Both the position numbers and the translations under genes were made by a program. The notes below the pieces were generated by a model, which was given only the letters and a program-made list of their open reading frames with translations, did not search any database and was not told the DNA's origin. 11,074 nucleotides of DNA from a virus (lineage: Duplodnaviria; Heunggongvirae; Uroviricota; Caudoviricetes): IMG/VR virus record IMGVR_UViG_2534682164_000010. The stretch is one strand, 5' to 3'. Below, piece by piece: positions 1-8,694 of the stretch (positions are counted from its first letter, which is position 1; each line of letters starts with the position of its first letter).

Positions 1-394
1 CAGGTCTGGGTGGCGGACCTGACGTATGTTGCCACACAGGAGGGATGGTTGTACCTCGCTGGCATCAAAGATGTTTATACGTGCGAAATTGTCGGCTACG
101 CCATGGGAGAGCGCATGACAAAAGAGCTGACAGGTAAAGCCCTGTTTATGGCGCTCAGGAGCCAGCGCCCACCTGCCGGGCTAATCCACCACTCTGATCG
201 AGGTTCACAGTACTGCGCATACGATTACCGGGTCATACAGGAGCAGTCTGGTCTGAAAACATCAATGTCGCGTAAAGGTAACTGTTACGACAACGCTCCG
301 ATGGAAAGCTTCTGGGGAACGCTGAAAAATGAGAGCCTGAGCCACTATCGTTTTAATAACCGGGATGAAGCCATCTCAGTAATACGGGAATACA
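1..394 (+). pseudogene. IS600 orfB (transposase) internal segment, broken at 394/395 by IS1
   Basis: Translation (frame of ORF 10..399) is identical to the corresponding part of the intact 272-aa OrfB at 8695..9513; the reading frame runs into the IS1 terminus and stops at 397-399. Confidence 0.9.
386..394. repeat. IS1 target-site duplication GGGAATACA (left copy); right copy at 1163-1171
   Basis: Seen in sequence: identical 9-mer immediately flanks both IS1 ends. The intact IS600 copy has this 9-mer once (9410-9418). IS1 is known to make 8-9 bp duplications. Confidence 0.9.
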
Positions 395-409
395 GGTAAT
401 GACTCCAAC

Positions 410-913
410 TTATTGATAGTGTTTTATGTTCAGATAATGCCCGATGACTTTGTCATGCAGCTCCACCGATTTTGAGAACGACAGCGACTTCCGTCCCAGC
501 CGTGCCAGGTGCTGCCTCAGATTCAGGTTATGCCGCTCAATTCGCTGCGTATATCGCTTGCTGATTACGTGCAGCTTTCCCTTCAGGCGGGATTCATACA
601 GCGGCCAGCCATCCGTCATCCATATCACCACGTCAAAGGGTGACAGCAGGCTCATAAGACGCCCACGCGTCGCCATAGTGCGTTCACCGAATACGTGCGC
701 AACAACCGTCTTCCGGAGACTGTCATACGCGTAAAACAGCCAGCGCTGGCGCGATTTAGCCCCGACATAGCCCCACTGTTCGTCCATTTCCGCGCAGACG
801 ATGACGTCACTGCCCGGCTGTATGCGCGAGGTTACCGACTGCGGCCTGAGTTTTTTAAGTGACGTAAAATCGTGTTGAGGCCAACGCCCATAATGCGTGC
901 AGTTGCCCGGCAT
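410..913 (-). CDS. insB: IS1 InsB (transposase catalytic part, made as an InsAB fusion by -1 frameshift)
   Basis: ORF translation matches recalled IS1 InsB. The slippery AAAAAAC motif lies on the minus strand at 850-856, inside the insA/insB overlap. Confidence 0.95.
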
Positions 914-1107
914 CCAACGCCATTCATGGCCATATCAATGATTTTCTGGTGCGTACCGGGTTGGGAAGCGGTGTAAGTGAACTGCAGTTGCCATGTTTTA
1001 CGGCAGTGAGAGCAGAGATAGCGCTGATGTCCGGCAGTGCTTTTGCCGTTACGCACCACCCCGTCAGTAGCTGAACAGGAGGGACAGCTGATAGAAACAG
1101 AAGCCAC
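832..1107 (-). CDS. insA: IS1 InsA (transposition regulator, 91 aa)
   Basis: ORF translation [43 protein letters not shown]... matches recalled IS1 InsA. Confidence 0.95.
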
Positions 1108-1162
1108 TGGAGCACCTCAAAAACACCATCATATACTAAATCAGTAAGTTGGCAGCATCACC

Positions 1163-1266
1163 GGGAATACATTGAGATTTTCTACAATCGTCAGCGTCGT
1201 CACTCTCGTCTGGGGAATATCTCCCCGGCAGCCTTCAGGGAAAAATATCATCAGATGGCTGCTTAA
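1163..1266 (+). pseudogene. IS600 orfB 3' segment distal to the IS1 insertion (stop TAA 1264-1266)
   Basis: Codons from 1165 encode EYIEIFYNRQRRHSRLGNISPAAFREKYHQMAA*, identical to the C-terminus of the intact OrfB in copy 2. Confidence 0.85.
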
Positions 1267-1309
1267 AAAAAGAACAAATGGTAGTGTCCGCTATTGCCAG
1301 TACACCTCA

Positions 1310-1451
1310 GGGTATAAGGGGTTATGGCCACCGGACTACCAAACGGCTGCCAGCCCTCTTTCAGTTTATGTGTCAGCTTTTCCGCAAGATCTGACGGCGG
1401 CGCCGCCCTGACAACATCATAGTGTTTAAATGCCATGGTTCTTTCCACCAT
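1310..1451 (-). pseudogene. 5' fragment of a small phage-type gene (MAFKHYDVVRAAPPSDLAEKLTHKLKEGWQPFGSPVAITPYT...) truncated by the IS600 right end
   Basis: Minus-strand ORF 1263..1451 crosses the IS600 terminus at 1309/1310; only the first ~47 codons are non-IS. Its position downstream of Q, tRNAs and cargo suggests it belonged to the region before the lysis cassette. I cannot assign a product with confidence. Confidence 0.4.
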
Positions 1452-1696
1452 CTGAAAAATAATTCTTTAAAATACCTGACATGTAATACAGAAAAAACAC
1501 AAAACCATACCTTAAATAAAAACCTGATTATCAAGCAGATATGCATGGATAAACTACAAGACGAGATATAAACCACCCTGCATTTAAATAAACAATAAAC
1601 AACATCAGAAAAATAATTCTGCTCTATGGTTTACATTCAAAAATATCATTTATACTTTTCAGAACATCACCAGCAAGGCATAAACAAGGAAACTAA

Positions 1697-2032
1697 ATGA
1701 AGTGGATTGTGATTGATACAGTTATCCAGCCATCATGCGGAATATCTTTTTCAGTCATATGGAGTAAAATAAAATTAATAATCTGGTATCAATCGGATGC
1801 TTTCTTACCTCCTGAAAGTATATTTACACTGACTCACACAGGCATCATGCTCAATAACAAAGTGCTACCTGTAACCATTTACAACGTAGTACCATTCAAT
1901 AAAACATTCTGGAATTCAATCAAAAATAGCCAGGAATGCCCTACAAATACAGATAACGTATTGAATGAATGCTTTAATAACCGTTGCACTCTGCAAATAT
2001 GTCCTTATGGACTAAAACAACAAAGTCCATAA
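1697..2032 (+). CDS. hypothetical protein, 111 aa, AT-rich cargo ORF
   Basis: ATG preceded by AAGGAA about 8 nt upstream; possible -10 TATACT at 1651-1656; a perfect stem-loop follows at 2068-2089. By my reading about six of thirteen Ile codons are AUA. No family recognised. Confidence 0.4.
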   Translation: MKWIVIDTVIQPSCGISFSVIWSKIKLIIWYQSDAFLPPESIFTLTHTGIMLNNKVLPVTIYNVVPFNKTFWNSIKNSQECPTNTDNVLNECFNNRCTLQICPYGLKQQSP

Positions 2033-2067
2033 GGAGTTTACTCACATCTGACAAAATCAATATAAAC

Positions 2068-2089
2068 AGCCCCTCCGGAGAGGGGCTGG
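2068..2089. terminator. perfect 9-bp stem / 4-nt loop hairpin CAGCCCCTC-CGGA-GAGGGGCTG between convergent ORFs
   Basis: Seen in sequence. On the minus strand it is followed by a U-rich tract (UUUAUAUUGAUUUU); on the plus strand it lies 36 bp after the stop of ORF 1697..2032. Compatible with a bidirectional intrinsic terminator. Confidence 0.5.
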
Positions 2090-2214
2090 AGAGTGGCGCT
2101 ATGTGCCATTGCATGGTGCCGGGTGCCTCCCGGTGAATTCAGTACCAGCACCTGAATCCGCGATTATCCCATATACCTACTCGCTGATTGCCCCTCCGCA
2201 CAGGGGGATTCACC

Positions 2215-2301
2215 ATGCCAGTTTCTTTTAACAAACTCCCCGCAAACCAGACAACAGTCAACCGCCTGAATTGTGAAGTATTTAAAAATTTCTCCCGCTA
2301 A
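2215..2301 (+). CDS. candidate mini-ORF, 28 aa (MPVSFNKLPANQTTVNRLNCEVFKNFSR)
   Basis: ATG at 2215 preceded by AGGGGGA about 8 nt upstream; stop TAA 2299-2301. Not supported by homology; could be chance. Confidence 0.15.
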   Translation: MPVSFNKLPANQTTVNRLNCEVFKNFSR

Positions 2302-2312
2302 CTGATACCCGG

Positions 2313-2399
2313 CTAACAGTCTGGCGTTTTCTTTTTCAGCAACGGGAAAGCAACAACCACCACACCCGCCACCAGCACACCGTCAGCCAGCACTGACAT
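2313..2399 (-). CDS. candidate small hydrophobic peptide, 28 aa (MSVLADGVLVAGVVVVAFPLLKKKTPDC)
   Basis: Minus-strand ATG at 2399, stop at 2313-2315. One hydrophobic stretch followed by KKK suggests a single-pass membrane peptide. Not supported by homology. Confidence 0.2.
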   Translation of the reverse strand: MSVLADGVLVAGVVVVAFPLLKKKTPDC

Positions 2400-2479
2400 T
2401 ATCCGGCTGCTGCAATGCCATTCACAAAAACAGTAAGCAATCACTTTTTACCGTAACAGGTGATAATCCAGATATGTAT

Positions 2480-2833
2480 CTACCCCAGATGAGTAATCCG
2501 AAGTTCATCCATACCACAGGTCCTGGCTATTCTGTTGTACTCCTGAACAAGAGCAAATAATTCTGAATTAGCAACCATGAACTCATCGCAAACCCTCTGT
2601 ATAGCATCACTATTCAGAATAATAACGTCTCTTCCCGAAAGACGATCAGGAGTACAGAACAAAACTGTCAAACGGCTGAAGGCCTTTGCTCGTGCTGCAT
2701 TGACTATATCAATACGCTGCCTAAGGATGAAACACCCCGACGCCTCATCAATATTCACTCTACCCACACCATATGAATGATAAATATTTAATGCTGAAAA
2801 AACCATTAGACCGTATAACAAACACTCAATCAA
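2480..2833 (-). CDS. hypothetical protein, 117 aa by ORF track (TTG start at 2833; first ATG gives 2480..2806)
   Basis: Open frame in AT-rich DNA just downstream (minus sense) of the phage tRNA genes. Contains several AUA and AGA/AGG codons by my reading. No family recognised. Confidence 0.35.
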   Translation of the reverse strand: MIECLLYGLMVFSALNIYHSYGVGRVNIDEASGCFILRQRIDIVNAARAKAFSRLTVLFCTPDRLSGRDVIILNSDAIQRVCDEFMVANSELFALVQEYNRIARTCGMDELRITHLG

Positions 2834-2943
2834 TACTTAACAGAACTTTTATTTTTGACAAACATAAAATATTTTCAACAATATCCTGAGCCAGGTATAT
2901 TTCAGTATAAGGCTCTGCCGGAAGGAATCTGGAAGAATGAATA

Positions 2944-3020
2944 TGGCGCGCTGTACTGGATTCGAACCAGTGACCGATTGCTTAGAAGGCAATTGCTCTG
3001 TCCGGCTGAGCTAACAACGC
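2944..3020 (-). tRNA. tRNA-Arg, anticodon UCU (77 nt including CCA)
   Basis: Reverse complement GCGTTGTTAGCTCAGCCGGACAGAGCAATTGCCTTCTAAGCAATCGGTCACTGGTTCGAATCCAGTACAGCGCGCCA folds as a cloverleaf: 7-bp acceptor stem with one G-U pair, anticodon loop CUUCUAA, T-arm ACTGG-TTCGAAT-CCAGT. Confidence 0.85.
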
Positions 3021-3120
3021 TGAATACCGATAATGGACCGCCATCGGGGACCCGCCCCCGCACCAACAACCCTGTTATCATGTCGTCTGCTCTTCCTGAT
3101 AAGCTAATGGCGGTTTGTGA

Positions 3121-3196
3121 TGGTGGCCCTTGCTGGATTTGAACCAGCGACCTGGCGATTATGAGTCGCTCGCTCTCACCACTGAGCTAAAGGGCC
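3121..3196 (-). tRNA. tRNA with CAU anticodon, most like tRNA-Ile2 (ileX/ileZ type), 76 nt including CCA
   Basis: Reverse complement GGCCCTTTAGCTCAGTGGTGAGAGCGAGCGACTCATAATCGCCAGGTCGCTGGTTCAAATCCAGCAAGGGCCACCA; perfect 7-bp acceptor stem; anticodon stem-loop nearly identical to recalled E. coli ileX. Ile2 versus Met cannot be settled from sequence alone. Confidence 0.8.
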
Positions 3197-3235
3197 GGGA
3201 GCAGAATAATAACGGTCCGTAATTAATTCCGCAAT

Positions 3236-3259
3236 AAAAAACCCGCTCGGCGGCGGGTT
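3236..3259 (-). terminator. intrinsic terminator (tR-prime-like) about 40 bp downstream of the Q stop
   Basis: Minus strand reads AACCCGC-CGCCGA-GCGGGTT followed by TTTTTTATT. Its position after Q matches the lambdoid late-operon arrangement. Confidence 0.6.
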
Positions 3260-3298
3260 GTAGAAACTCTTCTAACGTCAGGCATAAAACGCCCATAG

Positions 3299-4153
3299 TT
3301 ATGACGAATTTACCACAGATTCCGGAAAAATCAACCTAGTTACCTTTTTTAACTGCCGCTCAGCCCATGCTTCTTCAATATCAAACCGGGTCACCAGCGC
3401 ATCATAGAATTTCTTAACTGTTTTTTCCCATGACGCGCGTGTTATCTGGTTTGTCACCTCGCATATAGCATTAAATGCCTCCGTTGATGGTAGTCTTTCA
3501 TAGCCACGACCACCACAACGCTGGCAGTCTCTGATAACAGGCATACCACGTTTTACCGACTCTTCACGATGAATGGCGACACCACGCCCACGGCAATCCT
3601 TACAGGCGGTGGAAACCTCACCCTTTCCGCCACACTCCGGACAGGCAACTTTTACCACCTCCCTGACTTTTTTCCATTCTTCCCAGTAAGACGGATACAC
3701 ACCTTTCGTACACTTTGCCCATACCGGCGGCTTACCATCCGGATACTGGACCTTGTTTGTAAAAACTACGCTTTCAATAAATTTTTCCCCATAGCAACAA
3801 GGGCACTGCTTTTTACTCGCTGCGCTGCGGGCATAATCCTCAAAAGCGTACGAAGCCATAATGCGCATCACTACCGGTTTTATTTCTGCCGGAAGTTTTC
3901 TCAACGCCGCCACACGATCGCACCGACTGAGTGCATAATCTGCCAGTAATTCTGTTGCCCGCGCCCTGTCATTCATACTGATGCCCATTTTCCCCAGGAA
4001 CGCAGAAAACCCCATCTCAGCCCGATTCTGTGTCATGCCCTGCGCGGCCATCACATCAGTGATACTCAGCGCATCTTTTGACGTTGAGGCCGATGCATCG
4101 GTCAGGCAAGGGGATTTTGGGGAGTAGTATTTCGGTAAATCTTCCAGTTTCAT
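3299..4153 (-). CDS. phage late-gene antiterminator Q-like protein (284 aa)
   Basis: Sits directly after rusA and before a terminator and tRNA genes, the canonical Q position. Carries three CxxCxGxG zinc-finger-like repeats (CPECGGKG, CKDCRGRG, CQRCGGRG). N-terminus resembles long-form Q proteins of lambdoid prophages as I recall them. Start overlaps the rusA stop (ATGA). Confidence 0.65.
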   Translation of the reverse strand: MKLEDLPKYYSPKSPCLTDASASTSKDALSITDVMAAQGMTQNRAEMGFSAFLGKMGISMNDRARATELLADYALSRCDRVAALRKLPAEIKPVVMRIMASYAFEDYARSAASKKQCPCCYGEKFIESVVFTNKVQYPDGKPPVWAKCTKGVYPSYWEEWKKVREVVKVACPECGGKGEVSTACKDCRGRGVAIHREESVKRGMPVIRDCQRCGGRGYERLPSTEAFNAICEVTNQITRASWEKTVKKFYDALVTRFDIEEAWAERQLKKVTRLIFPESVVNSS

Positions 4154-4524
4154 TTTTTGACCTGCTCTTCATGCATTATGGGGTAAATCTTCACCCCCAG
4201 ACGTCCACCAGATACTGGCTGACCACGAACGATATTGATTTCATCAAACTGCTCATCGTCCATTAACACTCCCGCATGTGTCAGTGCATCCAGTGGTGCT
4301 TTCAGGATATTGTCCAGGTCACGACGGCGCTTATCCGGTGGCTCTGCAATAATCTTTATCGCCAGTCTTCCGGACAGGCTTAATTTCAGTCGCTGCTGAC
4401 GGACAATAAGCGCCACATCCCGGCGATAACGCTCACCGGCTTTTGATACAAAATATGTGTTGTCACGACGTCGCCAGTAAGTATTCACCGTCGGCGGATA
4501 AGGTAAAATAAACTCATGGCGCAT
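4150..4524 (-). CDS. rusA: RusA-family Holliday-junction resolvase (124 aa)
   Basis: Translation shares the conserved DxRRRDLDN, KAxxDALTxAG and GGRL motifs with recalled E. coli RusA. Confidence 0.85.
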   Translation of the reverse strand: MRHEFILPYPPTVNTYWRRRDNTYFVSKAGERYRRDVALIVRQQRLKLSLSGRLAIKIIAEPPDKRRRDLDNILKAPLDALTHAGVLMDDEQFDEINIVRGQPVSGGRLGVKIYPIMHEEQVKK

Positions 4525-4781
4525 CAGCGCAGCACCTCCTGCACCAGTTTTTCAAACTTTCCGACTCTGGTTTCCAGCTCTGCCACACAGTCCACCAGCT
4601 CATCTACTGCTTTCTGTGCGCGATGCTTCGCCTGCATCAGTTCCCGAAGCGCGGGTACCATATCTTTACGGATAGCGTCTTTTGTTATGCCCGTTTTTTC
4701 GAGTTGTTCAGCATGACGCAGCATTTCCTGCGCGTGTTTACGCAATTGTTCAGGGGTAAAAGTCATTGTCTGGTTGTTCAA
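4524..4781 (-). CDS. hypothetical phage nin-region protein, 85 aa, predicted helical
   Basis: Stop overlaps the rusA start by 1 nt (TGATG), suggesting translational coupling. No family recognised. Confidence 0.5.
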   Translation of the reverse strand: MNNQTMTFTPEQLRKHAQEMLRHAEQLEKTGITKDAIRKDMVPALRELMQAKHRAQKAVDELVDCVAELETRVGKFEKLVQEVLR

Positions 4782-4896
4782 AAGAAACGCTCCATCTTAC
4801 TGCTGTCAGTTCGTTTATTACTGTATCTGCGCGGATTGCCGGGCTTCATGGGAGTGGAAAGCACCCGTGCACTTTCCTGGTCCACAGGCAGAAAAT

Positions 4897-4901
4897 GTCC
4901 G
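4897..4901. repeat. IS2 target-site duplication GTCCG (left copy); right copy at 8251-8255
   Basis: Seen in sequence: identical 5-mer directly abuts both IS2 termini. IS2 is known to make 5-bp duplications. Confidence 0.8.
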
Positions 4902-4992
4902 TAGACTGGCCCCCTGAATCTCCAGACAACCAGTATCACTTAAATAAGTGATAGTCTTAATACTAGTTTTTAGACTAGTCATTGGAGTACAG

Positions 4993-5057
4993 ATGATTGA
5001 TGTCTTAGGGCCGGAGAAACGCAGACGGCGTACCACACAGGAAAAGATCGCAATTGT
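4993..5057 (+). pseudogene. insC: IS2 insC 5' fragment ([22 protein letters not shown]), runs into the IS21-family terminus
   Basis: First 22 codons match recalled InsC; the sequence diverges at 5058. Confidence 0.85.
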
Positions 5058-5115
5058 GTCAACGCCACGATGTTTGACCGTTATTTGCCATTTTCATGCC
5101 CGCTAAATACTTTCG

Positions 5116-7085
<1,970 letters not shown>

Positions 7086-7121
7086 GTTGATGTCCTTTCT
7101 GGTGTGAGAACCTTAAGGAAA

Positions 7122-7376
7122 CAACATGGTGTAGCAGCCAGCCAGTTATTTCTCTGGCGTAAGCAATACCAGGAAGGAAGTCTTACTGCTGTGGCCGCCG
7201 GAGAACAGGTTGTTCCTGCCTCTGAACTTGCTGCCGCCATGAAGCAGATTAAAGAACTCCAGCGCCTGCTCGGCAAGAAAACGATGGAAAATGAACTCCT
7301 CAAAGAAGCCGTTGAATATGGACGGGCAAAAAAGTGGATAGCGCACGCGCCCTTATTGCCCGGGGATGGGGAGTAA
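7122..7376 (+). pseudogene. insC: IS2 insC 3' fragment ([10 protein letters not shown]...PGDGE*, 84 codons)
   Basis: Matches the C-terminal 84 residues of recalled InsC. About 15 codons (QQSFEPGMTVSLVAR) are absent between the two fragments. Frameshift motif AAAAAAG at 7328-7334. Confidence 0.85.
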
Positions 7377-8239
7377 GCTTAGTCAGCCGTTGTCTCCGGG
7401 TGTCGCGTGCGCAGTTGCACGTCATTCTCAGACGAACCGATGACTGGATGGATGGCCGCCGCAGTCGTCACACTGATGATACGGATGTGCTTCTCCGTAT
7501 ACACCATGTTATCGGAGAGCTGCCCACGTATGGTTATCGTCGGGTATGGGCGCTGCTTCGCAGACAGGCAGAACTTGATGGTATGCCTGCGATCAATGCC
7601 AAACGTGTTTACCGGATCATGCGCCAGAATGCGCTGTTGCTTGAGCGAAAACCTGCTGTACCGCCATCGAAACGGGCACATACAGGCAGAGTGGCCGTGA
7701 AAGAAAGCAATCAGCGATGGTGCTCTGACGGGTTCGAGTTCTGCTGTGATAACGGAGAGAGACTGCGTGTCACGTTCGCGCTGGACTGCTGTGATCGTGA
7801 GGCACTGCACTGGGCGGTGACTACCGGCGGCTTCAACAGTGAAACAGTACAGGACGTCATGCTGGGAGCGGTGGAACGCCGCTTCGGCAACGATCTTCCG
7901 TCGTCTCCAGTGGAGTGGCTGACGGATAATGGTTCATGCTACCGGGCTAATGAAACACGCCAGTTCGCCCGGATGTTGGGACTTGAACCGAAGAACACGG
8001 CGGTGCGGAGTCCGGAGAGTAACGGAATAGCAGAGAGCTTCGTGAAAACGATAAAGCGTGACTACATCAGTATCATGCCCAAACCAGACGGGTTAACGGC
8101 AGCAAAGAACCTTGCAGAGGCGTTCGAGCATTATAACGAATGGCATCCGCATAGTGCGCTGGGTTATCGCTCGCCACGGGAATATCTGCGGCAGCGGGCT
8201 TGTAATGGGTTAAGTGATAACAGATGTCTGGAAATATAG
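7334..8239 (+). CDS. insD: IS2 InsD (OrfB, transposase catalytic domain; normally made as InsCD fusion)
   Basis: 301-aa ORF matching recalled IS2 InsD; stop lies inside the right terminal inverted repeat as expected. Confidence 0.9.
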
Positions 8240-8355
8240 GGGCAAATCCAGTCCGTTATAAAAACGCCGGTAAATCGTTCCCAGAGAACCGTGAGGTAGC
8301 CTGAGTTTAACGGACACTCCTTCCTGAAATAGAATGGCATCAGAAGGAGCTAATA

Positions 8356-8658
8356 ATGAGCAGAAAAACCCAACGTTACTCTAAAGAGTTCAAAGCCGAA
8401 GCTGTCAGAACGGTTCCTGAAAATCAACTTTCGATCAGTGAAGGCGCTTCCCGATTATCTCTTCCTGAAGGCACTTTAGGACAATGGGTTACCGCCGCCA
8501 GAAAAGGGCTCGGTACTCCTGGTTCCCGCACGGTGGCTGAACTGGAATCTGAAATTCTGCAACTGCGTAAGGCGTTAAATGAAGCTCGCCTTGAGCGAGA
8601 TATATTAAAAAAAGCAACAGCGTATTTTGCACAGGAGTCGCTGAAAAATACGCGTTAA
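8356..8658 (+). CDS. IS600 OrfA (HTH transposase subunit, 100 aa)
   Basis: Preceded by GGAG; contains slippery A7G run at 8599-8606 near its 3' end, typical of IS3-family programmed -1 frameshifting. Confidence 0.9.
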   Translation: MSRKTQRYSKEFKAEAVRTVPENQLSISEGASRLSLPEGTLGQWVTAARKGLGTPGSRTVAELESEILQLRKALNEARLERDILKKATAYFAQESLKNTR

Positions 8659-8694
8659 TCGAACAATGGGCGACAACAATTTCCCATTGAAGCG

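Larger units (their letters stand above)
395..1162 (-). mobile_element. IS1, complete (768 bp), transposase genes on the minus strand
   Basis: Termini GGTAATGACTCC... at 395 and ...GGCAGCATCACC at 1162 match recalled IS1 ends; insA and insB are present; length is 768 bp; flanked by a 9-bp direct repeat. Confidence 0.95.
1..1309 (+). mobile_element. IS600 (IS3 family) copy 1, partial: window begins inside orfB; interrupted by IS1; right terminus ends ...CCTCA at 1309
   Basis: Seen in sequence: 1-394 is base-for-base identical to 9024-9417 of the complete copy, and 1163-1309 matches 9410-9555 except one extra A in the A-run after the orfB stop. Family name is from recalled IS600 transposase sequence. 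Confidence 0.9.

Noticed and set aside
444-1115. ORFs 444..734 (+) and 924..1115 (-) inside IS1
   Set aside because: They overlap the well-supported insA/insB genes on the opposite strand or in another frame; no independent start signals. Treated as chance open frames.
1172-1411. ORF 1172..1411 (+), 79 aa; the same N-terminal peptide recurs in ORF 9419..9664
   Set aside because: It starts inside the IS600 3' end in a frame other than orfB and reads across the IS terminus into flanking DNA. It is an artefact of the IS junction, not a gene.
1373-1576. ORF 1373..1576 (-), 67 aa, in AT-rich DNA
   Set aside because: It overlaps the truncated gene fragment in another frame and has a low-complexity hydrophobic translation typical of AT-rich noise; no ribosome-binding site noted.
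1452-2943. Shiga toxin genes (stxA/stxB) in the Q-tRNA-downstream slot
   Set aside because: Looked for specifically because of the Q-tRNA context. None of the translations resembles StxA or StxB as I recall them, and the ORFs are too short for StxA.
3021-3120. Possible third tRNA gene between the two tRNAs (Stx phages carry three)
   Set aside because: The reverse complement lacks a recognisable T-arm (no GGTTCGAATCC-like box) or acceptor pairing. Kept only as a possible decayed remnant, mentioned under the tRNA finding.
2855-3142. ORF 2855..3142 (+), 95 aa
   Set aside because: It runs antisense across both tRNA genes; its open frame is explained by the tRNA sequences.
3569-4266. ORFs 3569..3949 (+) and 4078..4266 (+), antisense to Q and rusA
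   Set aside because: They lie fully inside strongly supported minus-strand genes and have no homology-like features.
4516-5036. ORFs 4516..4716, 4623..4904, 4766..4951 (+) and 4818..5036 (-)
   Set aside because: They are antisense to or overlap the 85-aa gene and rusA, or straddle the IS2 left terminus; no support beyond being open.
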